Part shown: positions 1 through 10,490 of the stretch, one piece after another
Numbering within the stretch: position 1 is the stretch's first letter
Layout: the number at the start of each line of letters is the position of its first letter
NCBI GenBank assembly: GCA_963812605.1
Contig: CAWEWF010000014.1
Coordinates: forward strand, 704,001 to 768,000
DNA from: an uncultured Verrucomicrobiae bacterium
GTDB lineage: Bacteria; Verrucomicrobiota; Verrucomicrobiia; Palsa-1439
Direction of reading: 5' to 3'
DNA: 64,000 nucleotides
The notes under the pieces: model-generated
What the model saw: the letters and a program-made list of their open reading frames with translations, nothing else
Told to the model about the DNA's origin: nothing
The model's database searches: none
Translations under genes and position numbers: made by a program

Positions 1-742
<742 letters not shown>

Positions 743-747
743 CTTAT

Positions 748-820
748 TTGTCGCCCTGAGCGAAGCGAAGGGTCTGGCTCGCATTCGGGGAAGATTCTTC
801 GCTCCGCTCAGAATCACAGA
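748..820. repeat. Palindromic REP-like element
   Basis: Inverted arms CTGAGCGAAGCGAAG ... CTTCGCTCCGCTCAG; related half element GTCATTCCGAGCTTGTCGAGGAATCT near 62135. Confidence 0.6.
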
Positions 821-841
821 TAGGGCGTCCGCACGCCAAAG

Positions 842-920
842 TCAATGCTGCGTCGGTTCTTCGGTGAGCGTCTTCAGGAAGGCAACGAGGGCTTTCTTGT
901 CGTCAGCGCCCAGCGGCACA
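842..920 (-). pseudogene. Diverged copy of the 3' end of the di-heme enzyme gene
   Basis: Encodes VPLGADDKKALVAFLKTLTEEPTQH* versus VPLSLDDKKALVAFLKTLTDEPTQQ* at 2186-2265. Confidence 0.85.
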
Positions 921-1002
921 TCATCACAATCTCCGCCGGCATCGTACTGGCCTTGACGGCTTCCTCAATCAATTTCAATTGGTCAGGTCACATTTCGACA
1001 AC

Positions 1003-1317
1003 TCACAAAGTCAATTCGACGTGATCGCCGGGCTTCAACGATTGAATGGCCGTACAGATTTCCGCTATCTTCGCTCTTACCTTCGGCCAGCGATTGGTGG
1101 ACAGCACCAGAATTGCCAACCGCCTGCCGCTCAGATTCTGTTGATACTTCAGCCGTTGATCGGCGGTCAAGAAAACGTCGAACACACCTTCCGCACGCTG
1201 GAGCAATTCGCCGTTCGTCACACGTCCCCAACCCAGCTCCTGCGCGGTGGAAACTTCAAAGCCCTTTAGAAATCGGCGTAACGGCTGCGGCATGCATTCG
1301 TCGAAGAGGACTTTCAC
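1003..1317 (-). CDS. DUF5615/VapC45-like PIN toxin
   Basis: MKVLFDECMP...FDVFLTADQRL, overlaps upstream DUF433 gene. Confidence 0.8.
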   Translation of the reverse strand: MKVLFDECMPQPLRRFLKGFEVSTAQELGWGRVTNGELLQRAEGVFDVFLTADQRLKYQQNLSGRRLAILVLSTNRWPKVRAKIAEICTAIQSLKPGDHVELTL

Positions 1318-1526
1318 GCCTGAACCAGCAATTCACTCTTGCTGTGTTCCAGCACCGCGATCGCATCCTCGCGCCGCACCGTTGGAAAGCACTCCACAAA
1401 CTCATCGAGCGACATGTTATCTTCCAAATACTCAAACAGTGATTGCACCGGCACGCGCGTGCCGCGAAACACCGGCGCGCCGCTCATGATCTTCGTGTCA
1501 ATCTCAATTGGCAAATTCGCTTTCAC
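1314..1526 (-). CDS. DUF433 antitoxin
   Basis: IMSGAPVFRGTRVPVQSLFEYL...FPTVRREDA; GTG start at 1526. Confidence 0.85.
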   Translation of the reverse strand: MKANLPIEIDTKIMSGAPVFRGTRVPVQSLFEYLEDNMSLDEFVECFPTVRREDAIAVLEHSKSELLVQA

Positions 1527-2185
1527 GTCCGAAGGATAAACCGTTTGCCGCCAAAAGGCAACGCAAGATGAAACACCTGTCCCCGCCTCGCCACTGCGTC
1601 TTTGGGTGGGAATACGACCATCTTCGAAGGAGCCGATTCCCGCCTCATCCGCCAACTTTCCCGCCAGTGCGGCCAACATTGGCGCGAATCGCCGCCTCCG
1701 CCGGCGCCGTGGTCGCCTTGACGCCTTACTCGATCAACCGTCGTCCAAAATTCCTGCGGATTGCCGAGACACTACGCGGATGGCTTCTGGCTCTTGATTT
1801 TGTTCAGATTTTTCTCAAGTTCTCGCCAAAAGAGGTCGGATTGTATACTGCTCCCCTTGCGGGGCGCGCTTCAAACGGTGTCCGACATTGCGAAATTTCC
1901 ACGTTTCGACTTGGACAGGCTGAAGCTACGCGAATTGGTTTTAATTATTGGTCGTGATGCTAATGTTTCCTTTCACTGGCAGCGACGCTATGGTATCATG
2001 GCGCATCATGAGCAGCAAGGCGAAGAAAATGAAATCCGTTGCACGCAGCGCCGTCAAAGTTCATCGTGATCGTATGAAACCAATGGCCGATAGAGTGCGA
2101 GAAATGCGAAATCAAAGAGCCGTCGAACAAGTGATACGCAGTGAAGTGCGCTCATCTCTGCGCCACTAAAAATCAAATTAAGGCA

Positions 2186-3148
2186 CTACTGCTGCGTCGG
2201 CTCGTCGGTGAGCGTCTTGAGGAAGGCGACGAGGGCTTTTTTGTCGTCGAGACTGAGTGGGACCCCGCCGCCGGGATGTTTGGCGAGATTGGGATCGAGC
2301 GTTGCGCTGCGTTTCGTGCCGGTGCAGTAGTGCTCGATGACTTCTTCCAGGGTCTGGAAACGCCCGTCGTGCATGTACGGACCGGTCAGCGCAACGTTGC
2401 GGAGGGACGGAACCGCGAACTTTCCCTTGTCCAGCGGTTTTCCGGTCACCCGTTCACGACCCGTATCACTGGGATCGGCATCGAGGCCGTTGTTGGTGAA
2501 GCGGAAATCGGAGAAGAGCGGTCCGCCGTGACAATGAAAACAATCGGCTCCCGTCAGGCCGCGGCGCGGGTCGTATTCGGTCATGAACAGTTCGAAGCCG
2601 CGCTTCTCTTCCTCGCTGAGTTCGACCCTTCCCTTGAGCGCGTGATCGAATTTGGAGTTGGCCGACTCCGGCGTGAGGACGAATTGTTCTAGTGCACGCG
2701 CCACCCGATCCGCGCTGATCTCGCGGGAACCGAAGGCCTTCTCGAACTGTTCCGCGTAGCCCGGAGCGGCGGCGAGTTTACCCACCATCTTTTCTAGCGG
2801 CTCGTGCATCTCTTTTGTATCCTGAATCGGCATGAGTACCTGTTGACGTAGCGATGACGCGCGACCATCCCAGAAGAATTCCCGCTTCCACGCGAGGTTG
2901 AAGAGCGGCATGGCATTACGTGCGCCTTCCTGTTGGTCCGCGCCGATGCTGAAACGGCGCGGGCTATCGCTGAACGCCTGCGCCTCTTTGTGGCACGAGG
3001 CGCAAGAGAGCGTGTTGTCACGCGAGAGCAGTTTCTCATGGAAAAGTCGGCGTCCGAGAGAAACGCCCTCCTCGGTCAACGGATTATCGCGCGGCAATGA
3101 TGGAATCGGGAATCCTGCCCGGCACGCGGAAATGGTAAGGAGTAGCAT
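2186..3148 (-). CDS. Di-heme cytochrome c peroxidase/MauG/MbnH-family domain (likely C-terminal part of a fusion)
   Basis: CASCH and CFHCH heme motifs, FFWDGRA, PSLRNVALTGPYMHDGRF. Confidence 0.9.
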   Translation of the reverse strand: MLLLTISACRAGFPIPSLPRDNPLTEEGVSLGRRLFHEKLLSRDNTLSCASCHKEAQAFSDSPRRFSIGADQQEGARNAMPLFNLAWKREFFWDGRASSLRQQVLMPIQDTKEMHEPLEKMVGKLAAAPGYAEQFEKAFGSREISADRVARALEQFVLTPESANSKFDHALKGRVELSEEEKRGFELFMTEYDPRRGLTGADCFHCHGGPLFSDFRFTNNGLDADPSDTGRERVTGKPLDKGKFAVPSLRNVALTGPYMHDGRFQTLEEVIEHYCTGTKRSATLDPNLAKHPGGGVPLSLDDKKALVAFLKTLTDEPTQQ

Positions 3149-3972
3149 TGGTGGCGATCAGGGCCACGGGAGATGACGGAAATTGGCGCAGCATCCGACG
3201 AAGAAACCGCGCGAACGGAGAAGCTGCGCGCAATGTTGGCCCGGAAGGTCGCCGCGAGCGGATCGCCTTCGCGTGAGTGGGTAGCGGATGAGTCCGCTGC
3301 GAAATGAACCGACTGCAATAATCCATGCACGTCCAAGGCGATGTCGATATGGCGGTCTTGCTGCAGATCGAGAGGCGCGGCCAGACTGACTGGCGTTTGG
3401 TTCGGTGTTTTTGCCAGATGAAGCGAAAAGCCGGCATCTTTGTCGTAGTGGCCTTCCAGAGCGAAGAACACGTAGCCACCCTGCCAACTCCAGTGGAGGC
3501 TATTGACCAGTGGATTCAATGGATGATCCGCGGGCCATTGCGATGGGTCGCCATAATTTGTTTTTTCATTTAGCCCGACAGTGAACGTCACTTGCTGATA
3601 GGAATCTGGCGGCACGTTCTCCAAGCGGAAGCTCAATTTATTCTGCAGGGCATCGATGAACGCGAATTGCCCCGGCAGATCGATCCAACGCCCATCGCTC
3701 TGCTGCAGGCGAAAGCCTGAAAGCAGAAACGCCAATCGCGTCACCGTGACGGTCTGGCCGGAGTCAGTCGTCCACGACGGGTTGCCGCTAGGTTCGATGC
3801 GAATCTCGAGAGTCGCCGCGCACGCTTGGTGGGCCATCATCAAACAAACCGCCACAATCAATAGAACGGTTGTAGAGACGCTTCTGTGAAGCGCCGCCGT
3901 AATGCCACGCATCAACGGCCCGCGCTTCACAGAAGCGCGGCTACAACGGCTTGTTATATTTCGCGACTTCAC
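3076..3972 (-). CDS. MbnP-family putative copper-binding domain (likely N-terminal part of the fusion)
   Basis: Signal-like segment; HPLNP..LHWSWQGGYVFF WxW motif; GTG start overlaps the upstream stop. Confidence 0.75.
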   Translation of the reverse strand: MKSRNITSRCSRASVKRGPLMRGITAALHRSVSTTVLLIVAVCLMMAHQACAATLEIRIEPSGNPSWTTDSGQTVTVTRLAFLLSGFRLQQSDGRWIDLPGQFAFIDALQNKLSFRLENVPPDSYQQVTFTVGLNEKTNYGDPSQWPADHPLNPLVNSLHWSWQGGYVFFALEGHYDKDAGFSLHLAKTPNQTPVSLAAPLDLQQDRHIDIALDVHGLLQSVHFAADSSATHSREGDPLAATFRANIARSFSVRAVSSSDAAPISVISRGPDRHQCYSLPFPRAGQDSRFHHCRAIIR

Positions 3973-5414
3973 GGGTCAAATGACGCGATGGAGGACAAGT
4001 TCACCTTGTAGAAACGGCGGGTGTAGGTCTGGGCGGCACCGACTTCGGTATTCTGCGAAACGATACCGGTGGCGGTGACGGATGGACTCAGGGCGGCCCA
4101 ATTGACCATATCGGTCGAGGCGTCGACGATGTACGTGCCGCCTTGCACACTGCTCCAGGTGAGCGTTACGTCGCCACTGGCCGAAGTGCTGACGCCCGTG
4201 GCGATGAGCGCGGTGTTGGTACCGCCCGTGAAGTTCGTCGTGACCGACTCGGTGATAGTGCTGACCGTGCCGCCACTGACGACGCCGTAGAACTGGCGAC
4301 CGAGAAGATACGGGTAGGCGGGCGTGCCATCACTGTTGATTGTGACGAAGTAGGCGTAGGTCCCTGCCGGATAATCGGGGGTGACGCAGAAACGCCCGTT
4401 GTAGCGATCGAGGTCCCACTGCGCGCCGGCGGTGAGGTTGGTCGGCAGGTCGCCGAGATGATCGTTGTCCTCGGCATAGCGGCCCAGTGCAAACGAACCG
4501 GTCATATCGGCGGCCTTCGTTGTGCTCGGACCGTATTGCGACGACGTGAGGTTGGTGCGACCTTGGGCCAATTGCGCCCAGTAGGGCAACGTCGTGCGAC
4601 CGGTGACGTTAAGGTTCGAGGTCCCGTAGGATCCGTCGCGCTTGATATAACCGGAGATCAGGCGACGGACGCCGGAAGCGGCGTTGGTCGGGTCTGAATA
4701 ACCGTACGGACCGTAAACCGGATAGCCGTCGAAGGCCCACGCGAGAATCGGCGAATGCTGGAGGTTGTTGGTGTTCTCGCTGTAGGTAGTGGTGGCACCG
4801 TTGTAGGTCGCATTGTCGTTGAGTTGGTAGCGCAGCCCGATGGGGTTGATGTGCATGTGATACTGGCCGCTGCCTGGCTGATGCGCATTGGTAGGATCAA
4901 ATGTCGGAAGCTCGCCGAAATACGCGTCGCGTTCCCAAATGCCGGTGCCGATCATGCCCTGGACATCCATGCCGTTCGTATAGGCGTAGCCGTCGAGCAT
5001 ATTGAACATGGCGACCCCATTGACGTACATCCCCATCGCTCCGCCGGGGGTCTTGGTGAGCGTGCCGGTCGCAGGCGTCGGCACCCGCGGAAAACGCATC
5101 GTCACTTTTTGGTTGGTCGGCTTGTTCGGAAAGATCATGGTCTTGGCGGTGTTGAGATACCACGGGCCCATGATGTAACTGGCGAGACCGCTCGCGTACA
5201 CGTAGACGTAGCTCGCCGAATACATGATCGTTTGCACATCGGAATACACAGGCAACGTCTGCCCGGTCCAGGTGGTGACCGGGGTGGCGCCCGTGGTGCC
5301 ACGAATAATCGCATATTGCGCGGTGTTTGAGGTGGCCCATGACGTCAGTTGCGGGTCGGCAAATGCCGAAGCGCCCAATGTGAATGTGAGGAAAAGAGCC
5401 AGAAATGGTTTCAT
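3969..5414 (-). CDS. Secreted YHYH-domain protein
   Basis: Signal peptide; NAHQPGSGQYHMH, HSPILAWAFDGYPVYGPYG, LDRYNGRFCVTPDYP; C-terminal RRFYKV tail. Confidence 0.85.
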   Translation of the reverse strand: MKPFLALFLTFTLGASAFADPQLTSWATSNTAQYAIIRGTTGATPVTTWTGQTLPVYSDVQTIMYSASYVYVYASGLASYIMGPWYLNTAKTMIFPNKPTNQKVTMRFPRVPTPATGTLTKTPGGAMGMYVNGVAMFNMLDGYAYTNGMDVQGMIGTGIWERDAYFGELPTFDPTNAHQPGSGQYHMHINPIGLRYQLNDNATYNGATTTYSENTNNLQHSPILAWAFDGYPVYGPYGYSDPTNAASGVRRLISGYIKRDGSYGTSNLNVTGRTTLPYWAQLAQGRTNLTSSQYGPSTTKAADMTGSFALGRYAEDNDHLGDLPTNLTAGAQWDLDRYNGRFCVTPDYPAGTYAYFVTINSDGTPAYPYLLGRQFYGVVSGGTVSTITESVTTNFTGGTNTALIATGVSTSASGDVTLTWSSVQGGTYIVDASTDMVNWAALSPSVTATGIVSQNTEVGAAQTYTRRFYKVNLSSIASFDP

Positions 5415-5483
5415 GTTGATCCCCCTGATGTAAGTTTGGCAGGCGCGCACCCGATGAGAGTGCGCGCCTGCTTTATGGTTCGT

Positions 5484-6134
5484 TTAGTTGTTGTCGGACG
5501 GAGGCGGCGGACGTTGACCTCCCTGCTCATCACCGCCGCCCGGCGGGCCGTTCGGACGCGGCGGCAGGTATTCGTCCCGCGTCAACTTGCCGTCATGATT
5601 CTTGTCGAGCGTCAGCAACTCCGCCGGGGCGTTTGCGATCTCATTCGAATCGATTATGCCGTCGTGGTTGACGTCGAGCGCCTGGAGGAGGGGCAAGGGC
5701 GGCGGACGATGATGTCCTCCCTGCGGGCCACCACCGGGGCCTCCTTGCTGATTCCCCTGCTGATTGCCGCCCGGACCGTGCTGCTGGTTCCCCTGTGGGC
5801 CGCCTTGTGGCCCTCCCTGCTGGTCGCCTTGCGGGCCGTTTGGACGGGGCGGTCTGTACTCGTCCGGCGTCAGTTTGCCATCGTGGTTTTTGTCGAGCGT
5901 CAGCAACTCCGCCGAGGCATTTGCGATTTCATTGGAATCGATCACGCCATCGTGGTTGACGTCGAGCGCTTCCACGAGCGGAGAAGGCGGCGGACGATGA
6001 TGGTGATGCCCTCCTTGCTGTCCCTCTCCCCCACCGCCCTGTGGCGGCGGGCCGCCCTCGTCCTGCGCGAAGATCGTCGCCGCTCCCAAACCAACAACCG
6101 CTACTGTCATCCAAATAAGCCTTGGTACTTTCAT
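5484..6134 (-). CDS. Secreted EF-hand protein with duplicated module and Gly/Pro/Gln linkers
   Basis: Two copies of ALDVNHDGxIDSNEIANAxAELLTLDKNHDGKLTxDEY. Confidence 0.85.
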   Translation of the reverse strand: MKVPRLIWMTVAVVGLGAATIFAQDEGGPPPQGGGGEGQQGGHHHHRPPPSPLVEALDVNHDGVIDSNEIANASAELLTLDKNHDGKLTPDEYRPPRPNGPQGDQQGGPQGGPQGNQQHGPGGNQQGNQQGGPGGGPQGGHHRPPPLPLLQALDVNHDGIIDSNEIANAPAELLTLDKNHDGKLTRDEYLPPRPNGPPGGGDEQGGQRPPPPSDNN

Positions 6135-6262
6135 AACTTTGATTCCTTTCTGCCAGTAATAAACACGGCTATTGTTAAGACGGTGTGTGCGAAAACAGGG
6201 AAAATTGTTAAGGAAGCGTTAAAGTTGCGGCGCAATCAGCCTGCCTGCGGTATTCTGGCAAC

Positions 6263-6982
6263 GTGACGACCGAACGTTCCACGCGCGTGTTGATCATCGA
6301 CGACGACCGCAAACTCTGCGCGCTCATTCGCGAATATCTCGCGCCGCTCGGCTTCGAGGTGGCTGCCGCGCACACCGGTCCGGCCGGCGTCGAACAGGCG
6401 ACGACCGGCAACCACGACGTGGTCATTCTCGACGTGATGCTGCCCGGTCTCGACGGCTTCGAAGTATTGAAACGTATCCGCCAGAAATCACAGGTGCCGG
6501 TACTCATGCTCACAGCCCGTGGCGAGGAGACCGACCGAATCGTCGGCCTGGAAGTTGGCGCGGACGACTACCTGCCGAAGACGTTCTCGACCCGCGAACT
6601 TTTGGCGCGTCTGCGCGCCGTAATGCGTCGCGCCTCCCGTCCGACCCCGGCCACCGCCGATGCTCCGAGCGGCGAGATTGTTGTGGGCGACTTGCGGCTC
6701 AATTCCGACGCGCGCGTGGCTGCGCTCGGCGATAAACCCCTCGATTTGACGGCCATCGAATTCGACCTGCTGGAATGTCTGGCGCGGGCACGGGGGCGCG
6801 TGCGTTCGCGCGAGCAACTTATCGAATCCATCACCGAACGCAACTATAACGTCTATGACCGCTCGGTGGACGTGCACATCTGTTCGTTGCGGAAGAAGTT
6901 GGGGGACGAATCGGCCAGTCCGCGCTTCATCCGCACTGTGCGCGCGGTCGGTTATCTGTTCATCAACCCGGACAACCGATGA
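6263..6982 (+). CDS. OmpR/CpxR-family response regulator
   Basis: IIDDD, LDVMLP, GADDYLPK, winged helix DRSVDVHI..LRKKL. Confidence 0.93.
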   Translation: MTTERSTRVLIIDDDRKLCALIREYLAPLGFEVAAAHTGPAGVEQATTGNHDVVILDVMLPGLDGFEVLKRIRQKSQVPVLMLTARGEETDRIVGLEVGADDYLPKTFSTRELLARLRAVMRRASRPTPATADAPSGEIVVGDLRLNSDARVAALGDKPLDLTAIEFDLLECLARARGRVRSREQLIESITERNYNVYDRSVDVHICSLRKKLGDESASPRFIRTVRAVGYLFINPDNR

Positions 6983-8436
6983 GACTGCGCCTGCCGCTAC
7001 TTGCCCGCATCCTGTTGTGGTTCTTCCTGAACCTCGCGTTGCTGGCCGCCGGTTTTGTCCTGTTGGTGCGGTCGCAGTTCATCTTCGACAGTGATTTCCT
7101 GCTGACGGCGGGCGCTGCGGAGCGCTTGCAGATGATAAGCGATGAGATCGCGACCGAAATGTCAAACCGTCCACTGGAACAATGGAAAGACCTGCTGGAT
7201 CAGTATGACAACACTTACAAAGTCCGCTTTCATGTTTTTTCCGAGGAAGGCCGGCCATTGGCAGGTGGCGAACCGCAACGGTTGCCTCCCGAAGTCCACG
7301 ATCGTATCGGGCGGCGTCCGCCGCCGCCACGGCGTTCGCCATCCGAGAATGTGGGGCCATTAGAGAACCTGCCGCCGCAGGATTCGCCGCCAGAGCAACG
7401 TCCGCCTCCAACGGCGGGACGCAACCAGAATCCATTGCGCCGGCTCATTCGCGCGGGTAATCCCGCGCGTTATTGGGTCATTGTTCGCGCCTCGACCGGA
7501 GTGGTCGTCGTTGTCGAATCTGAGACATTGACCGGCGGCGGATTGTTTCTCGACCTGCGGCCGTGGCTGGTGGCGATTTTCGGCGCGGCGATTTTTTCGG
7601 CGCTGTTCTGGGTGCCGGTGGTTCGGGGAATCACCGGCTCCATCGCCCAAATGACGCAGGCCACCAAGCAGATTGCGGAAGGCCATTTCGAGGTGCGAGT
7701 GGAGGCGCATCGCGGCGACGAACTCGGCACCCTCAGCCAGTCCATTAACAGCATGGCGCAGCGGTTGGATGGTTTTGTCACGGGCCAGAAACGCTTTCTC
7801 GGCGACATTGCGCATGAACTTTGTTCGCCGCTGGCCCGATTGCGCGTCGCGCTCGGCATCCTGGAGGAACGCGTCAGCGGCCCGCAGCAGCCCGATGTTT
7901 CCCGCGCCGCCGAACAGGCCGATGAAATCGCCGCGCTCGTAAATGAACTGTTGTCGTTTTCCAAAGCCTCGCTCGGCGCGACGCACGCCAAACTTCAGCA
8001 GGTTTCCCTGCGGACACTGGCTGAGACGGCAATCCGTCACGAGTTCATTGACAGCACACCCATCGAGGTGAAGATCGCGCCCGACCTTCGCGTCGAGGTT
8101 GAACCGGAGTTGCTGACCCGCGCCCTGTCGAACCTGCTGCGGAATGCCATTCGCTATGCCGGTGATGCCGGGCCAATCACGATTACCGCCGAGCCGCGCG
8201 ACGGACAGGTTCTGTTGACGATCTCCGACTGTGGTCCCGGCATTCCCGAAGCGGAATTGCAGCGCATCTTCGATCCCTTCTACCGGCTTGACGCTTCGCG
8301 CGATCGGGAAACCGGCGGTGTCGGCTTGGGCCTGGCCATTGTGAAGACGTGCGTCGAGGCGTGTCAGGGAACGGTAGTTGCGGAGAATCGGGTGCCGAGT
8401 GGGTTGCAGGTGATGATTACATTACGAGCTGCGTAG
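6979..8436 (+). CDS. HAMP sensor histidine kinase (CpxA-like)
   Basis: Two TM segments, DIAHELCSPL, NLLRNAIRY, GGVGLGLAI. Confidence 0.93.
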   Translation: MRLRLPLLARILLWFFLNLALLAAGFVLLVRSQFIFDSDFLLTAGAAERLQMISDEIATEMSNRPLEQWKDLLDQYDNTYKVRFHVFSEEGRPLAGGEPQRLPPEVHDRIGRRPPPPRRSPSENVGPLENLPPQDSPPEQRPPPTAGRNQNPLRRLIRAGNPARYWVIVRASTGVVVVVESETLTGGGLFLDLRPWLVAIFGAAIFSALFWVPVVRGITGSIAQMTQATKQIAEGHFEVRVEAHRGDELGTLSQSINSMAQRLDGFVTGQKRFLGDIAHELCSPLARLRVALGILEERVSGPQQPDVSRAAEQADEIAALVNELLSFSKASLGATHAKLQQVSLRTLAETAIRHEFIDSTPIEVKIAPDLRVEVEPELLTRALSNLLRNAIRYAGDAGPITITAEPRDGQVLLTISDCGPGIPEAELQRIFDPFYRLDASRDRETGGVGLGLAIVKTCVEACQGTVVAENRVPSGLQVMITLRAA

Positions 8437-8482
8437 TTGCACGGAGCGCGCGGGCACTGCAATAATTGGGAGGGTCTTTGCA

Positions 8483-8857
8483 TTAATCTCGCTGCCACGA
8501 ATCACCGTTCGTACCGCTGGCTGTAAATGGAGGAGCTAAATGCCAAATCATGGCTGCCGTTCGATTCGAGATCGACACGAATCTAAGTTCCGAAAATTTG
8601 CTCAGATCGAGTTCATTAGTGACAACTGTCTTCGCAAAGGCGGCAAGTTCCTGAGCATCCTTTGGGGGCCTGTCTTTCTCCTCGCAGAACTTGAAAAACT
8701 GAACGGAAACGCTCGCAACCGGATCGAACTGAGCCTTAAGCTGTCCGCCAATGTCAGCGTCCCAATCAGCCGTGAACTTCTGCCAGCCCAACATGGCAAT
8801 GACACCAACGCTCACCCCTGCGGCAAAAATCAAAAAGCGTCGAAGCAGCTTTCTCAT
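8483..8857 (-). CDS. Hypothetical membrane-anchored protein
   Basis: 124-aa ORF with N-terminal hydrophobic segment. Confidence 0.55.
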   Translation of the reverse strand: MRKLLRRFLIFAAGVSVGVIAMLGWQKFTADWDADIGGQLKAQFDPVASVSVQFFKFCEEKDRPPKDAQELAAFAKTVVTNELDLSKFSELRFVSISNRTAAMIWHLAPPFTASGTNGDSWQRD

Positions 8858-9081
8858 TCTCCACGCCTAACATGGATTAGACGTCCTAATGGCGTAAAAA
8901 AGACGCCGCGTTGGCGTCTATTTCTATTCCCATTTCCATTTGGAGTCTGCATTTCGTACCAACTCCGTCCGCAGCAAGCACGTTAGCCAAGCCGTCTAAT
9001 GCCAGCAAGCCCAAACTCCCAGATCGCGAATGCCTACGCCTACTGACTCCGCAGGCTAAAGGCTGCGGCTACGGGTTTTGA

Positions 9082-10104
9082 TTACAGGTTCTCACTGGCT
9101 CCCGGTGGGATCCACAAGAATGAGCCGTGCTTTTGGAAGTGTACGATCTGCTGGACGGTCTGTTCGGCTTTGCGGTTGACCGCTTCGGAGGTGTTGAAGG
9201 CGTTGTGGGGGGTGAGGATCACGTTCGGGCGGGCGGCCAGCGGGAAAACAGCTTCGTTTTCTTTCGCTGTTGGTAGGGCGCGCTCGCCGAGCGCGCCGTT
9301 TGTTGACCCTACGGACGGCGGGCTGGGCCAGCCCGCCCTACCGGAGCGTAGCGCGACGGCCAGGGCACTTTCGTTTTCATAGACATCCAGCGCCAAGCCG
9401 CCCAGATGTCCTTCGTCCAATAATCGCAGCAAATCGTTCGTGGGGGATAGCTCGCCGCGGGCGATGTTGATGAAAATGACACCGCGCTTGGCGCGCTGGA
9501 GCGTTTCGTAGCGGAAGTAGCCTGTGTTCGCATCGGTCAGATTCATCGCACAGACAATGATGTCGGCCCATACCAGCCCTTCATCGATAGGTATATATGA
9601 TACGGAAGCGTGTCGCTGAACCAGATCGACGCCTTTCGCTTCCATGCCCAGCGCTTGCGCGATCTTTACGATTTCCGCGCCGATGCTGCCAACACCGACG
9701 ACCAGTAAGCGTTTCCCGGCGCATTCCTGTCCCGTGAGACCGTCGCGCTGAAACTTCGGGAATTGCGCGATTTGCGCCGGGAGTTTTCGTAGCAACGCCA
9801 GCACCAGCAGCAGCGCCTGCTCCGCCACGGCGCGGCTGCAATAATGCGGCAGGTAGCCGCAGGGTATTTTCTGTCCGACGAGATGGTCGTAGCCTGTCGT
9901 GCGTGATATGATGCCGCTCACCTTCCCCACCCACGCCGCGGGAATGACGGATTGCGTCCGAATGCTGATGAGCGGCGCGGGTGGTTCACGGTCGCCGGTT
10001 TCCTGGATGGTCTTCCCCGTGAAGCCTGCCTGCACCGCTGCCGGCAAGTAACGGCGCAGCGCGGCAATCTCTTCCTCAAACGCTTCGTAGAAATAGACGT
10101 CCAT
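9082..10104 (-). CDS. D-isomer-specific 2-hydroxyacid dehydrogenase with in-frame palindrome insertion
   Basis: VVGVGSIG, FINIARG, LALDVYENE, ILTPHNAF. Confidence 0.9.
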   Translation of the reverse strand: MDVYFYEAFEEEIAALRRYLPAAVQAGFTGKTIQETGDREPPAPLISIRTQSVIPAAWVGKVSGIISRTTGYDHLVGQKIPCGYLPHYCSRAVAEQALLLVLALLRKLPAQIAQFPKFQRDGLTGQECAGKRLLVVGVGSIGAEIVKIAQALGMEAKGVDLVQRHASVSYIPIDEGLVWADIIVCAMNLTDANTGYFRYETLQRAKRGVIFINIARGELSPTNDLLRLLDEGHLGGLALDVYENESALAVALRSGRAGWPSPPSVGSTNGALGERALPTAKENEAVFPLAARPNVILTPHNAFNTSEAVNRKAEQTVQQIVHFQKHGSFLWIPPGASENL

Positions 10105-10140
10105 TTATTTGCGTGAAGACTGTAACAAAAGCGTGGCGGG

Positions 10141-10169
10141 TTGACAGCATTTCAAGCGGCTTGTACTAT
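10141..10169 (+). promoter_or_regulatory. Sigma70-type promoter of tRNA-Val
   Basis: TTGACA-N17-TACTAT, 16 nt upstream of the tRNA. Confidence 0.8.
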
Positions 10170-10184
10170 CGGAGCGGTGGCGAG

Positions 10185-10261
10185 GGACGATTAGCTCAGT
10201 TGGCTAGAGCGCTTCCTTGACATGGAAGAGGTCACAGGTTCAAGTCCTGTATCGTCCACCA
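10185..10261 (+). tRNA. tRNA-Val(GAC), canonical
   Basis: GGACGAT/ATCGTCC stem, CTTCC-TTGACAT-GGAAG, GGTTCAAGTCC, CCA. Confidence 0.97.
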
Positions 10262-10384
10262 TCCTTCGCTCGAAGCGCAGCGAAGACGAAGGGTGCGCGC
10301 CGTAGCCCGTCGTTTGGCGAAGGTGGGCTTTCCGAGCAAAGATTTTTTGTGCGCTTCGAGCTAAGGCTGGCACGCCAACATTTT

Positions 10385-10490
10385 ATGTATCATGCATACA
10401 TTCTCCGCAGCATTTCCAACTCGACCCGGTACTACGTTGGTTTCACCGAAAACATGAAGCAACGTCTCCCTGACCATAACGCGGGACAGC
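10385..10490 (+). pseudogene. Truncated GIY-YIG nuclease
   Basis: MYHAYILRS...YYVGFTENMKQRLPDHNAG, then similarity ends at a REP-like sequence. Confidence 0.7.

Noticed and set aside
1948-2169. Small basic ORF between the TA pair and the di-heme gene
   Set aside because: No clear RBS or recognisable motif
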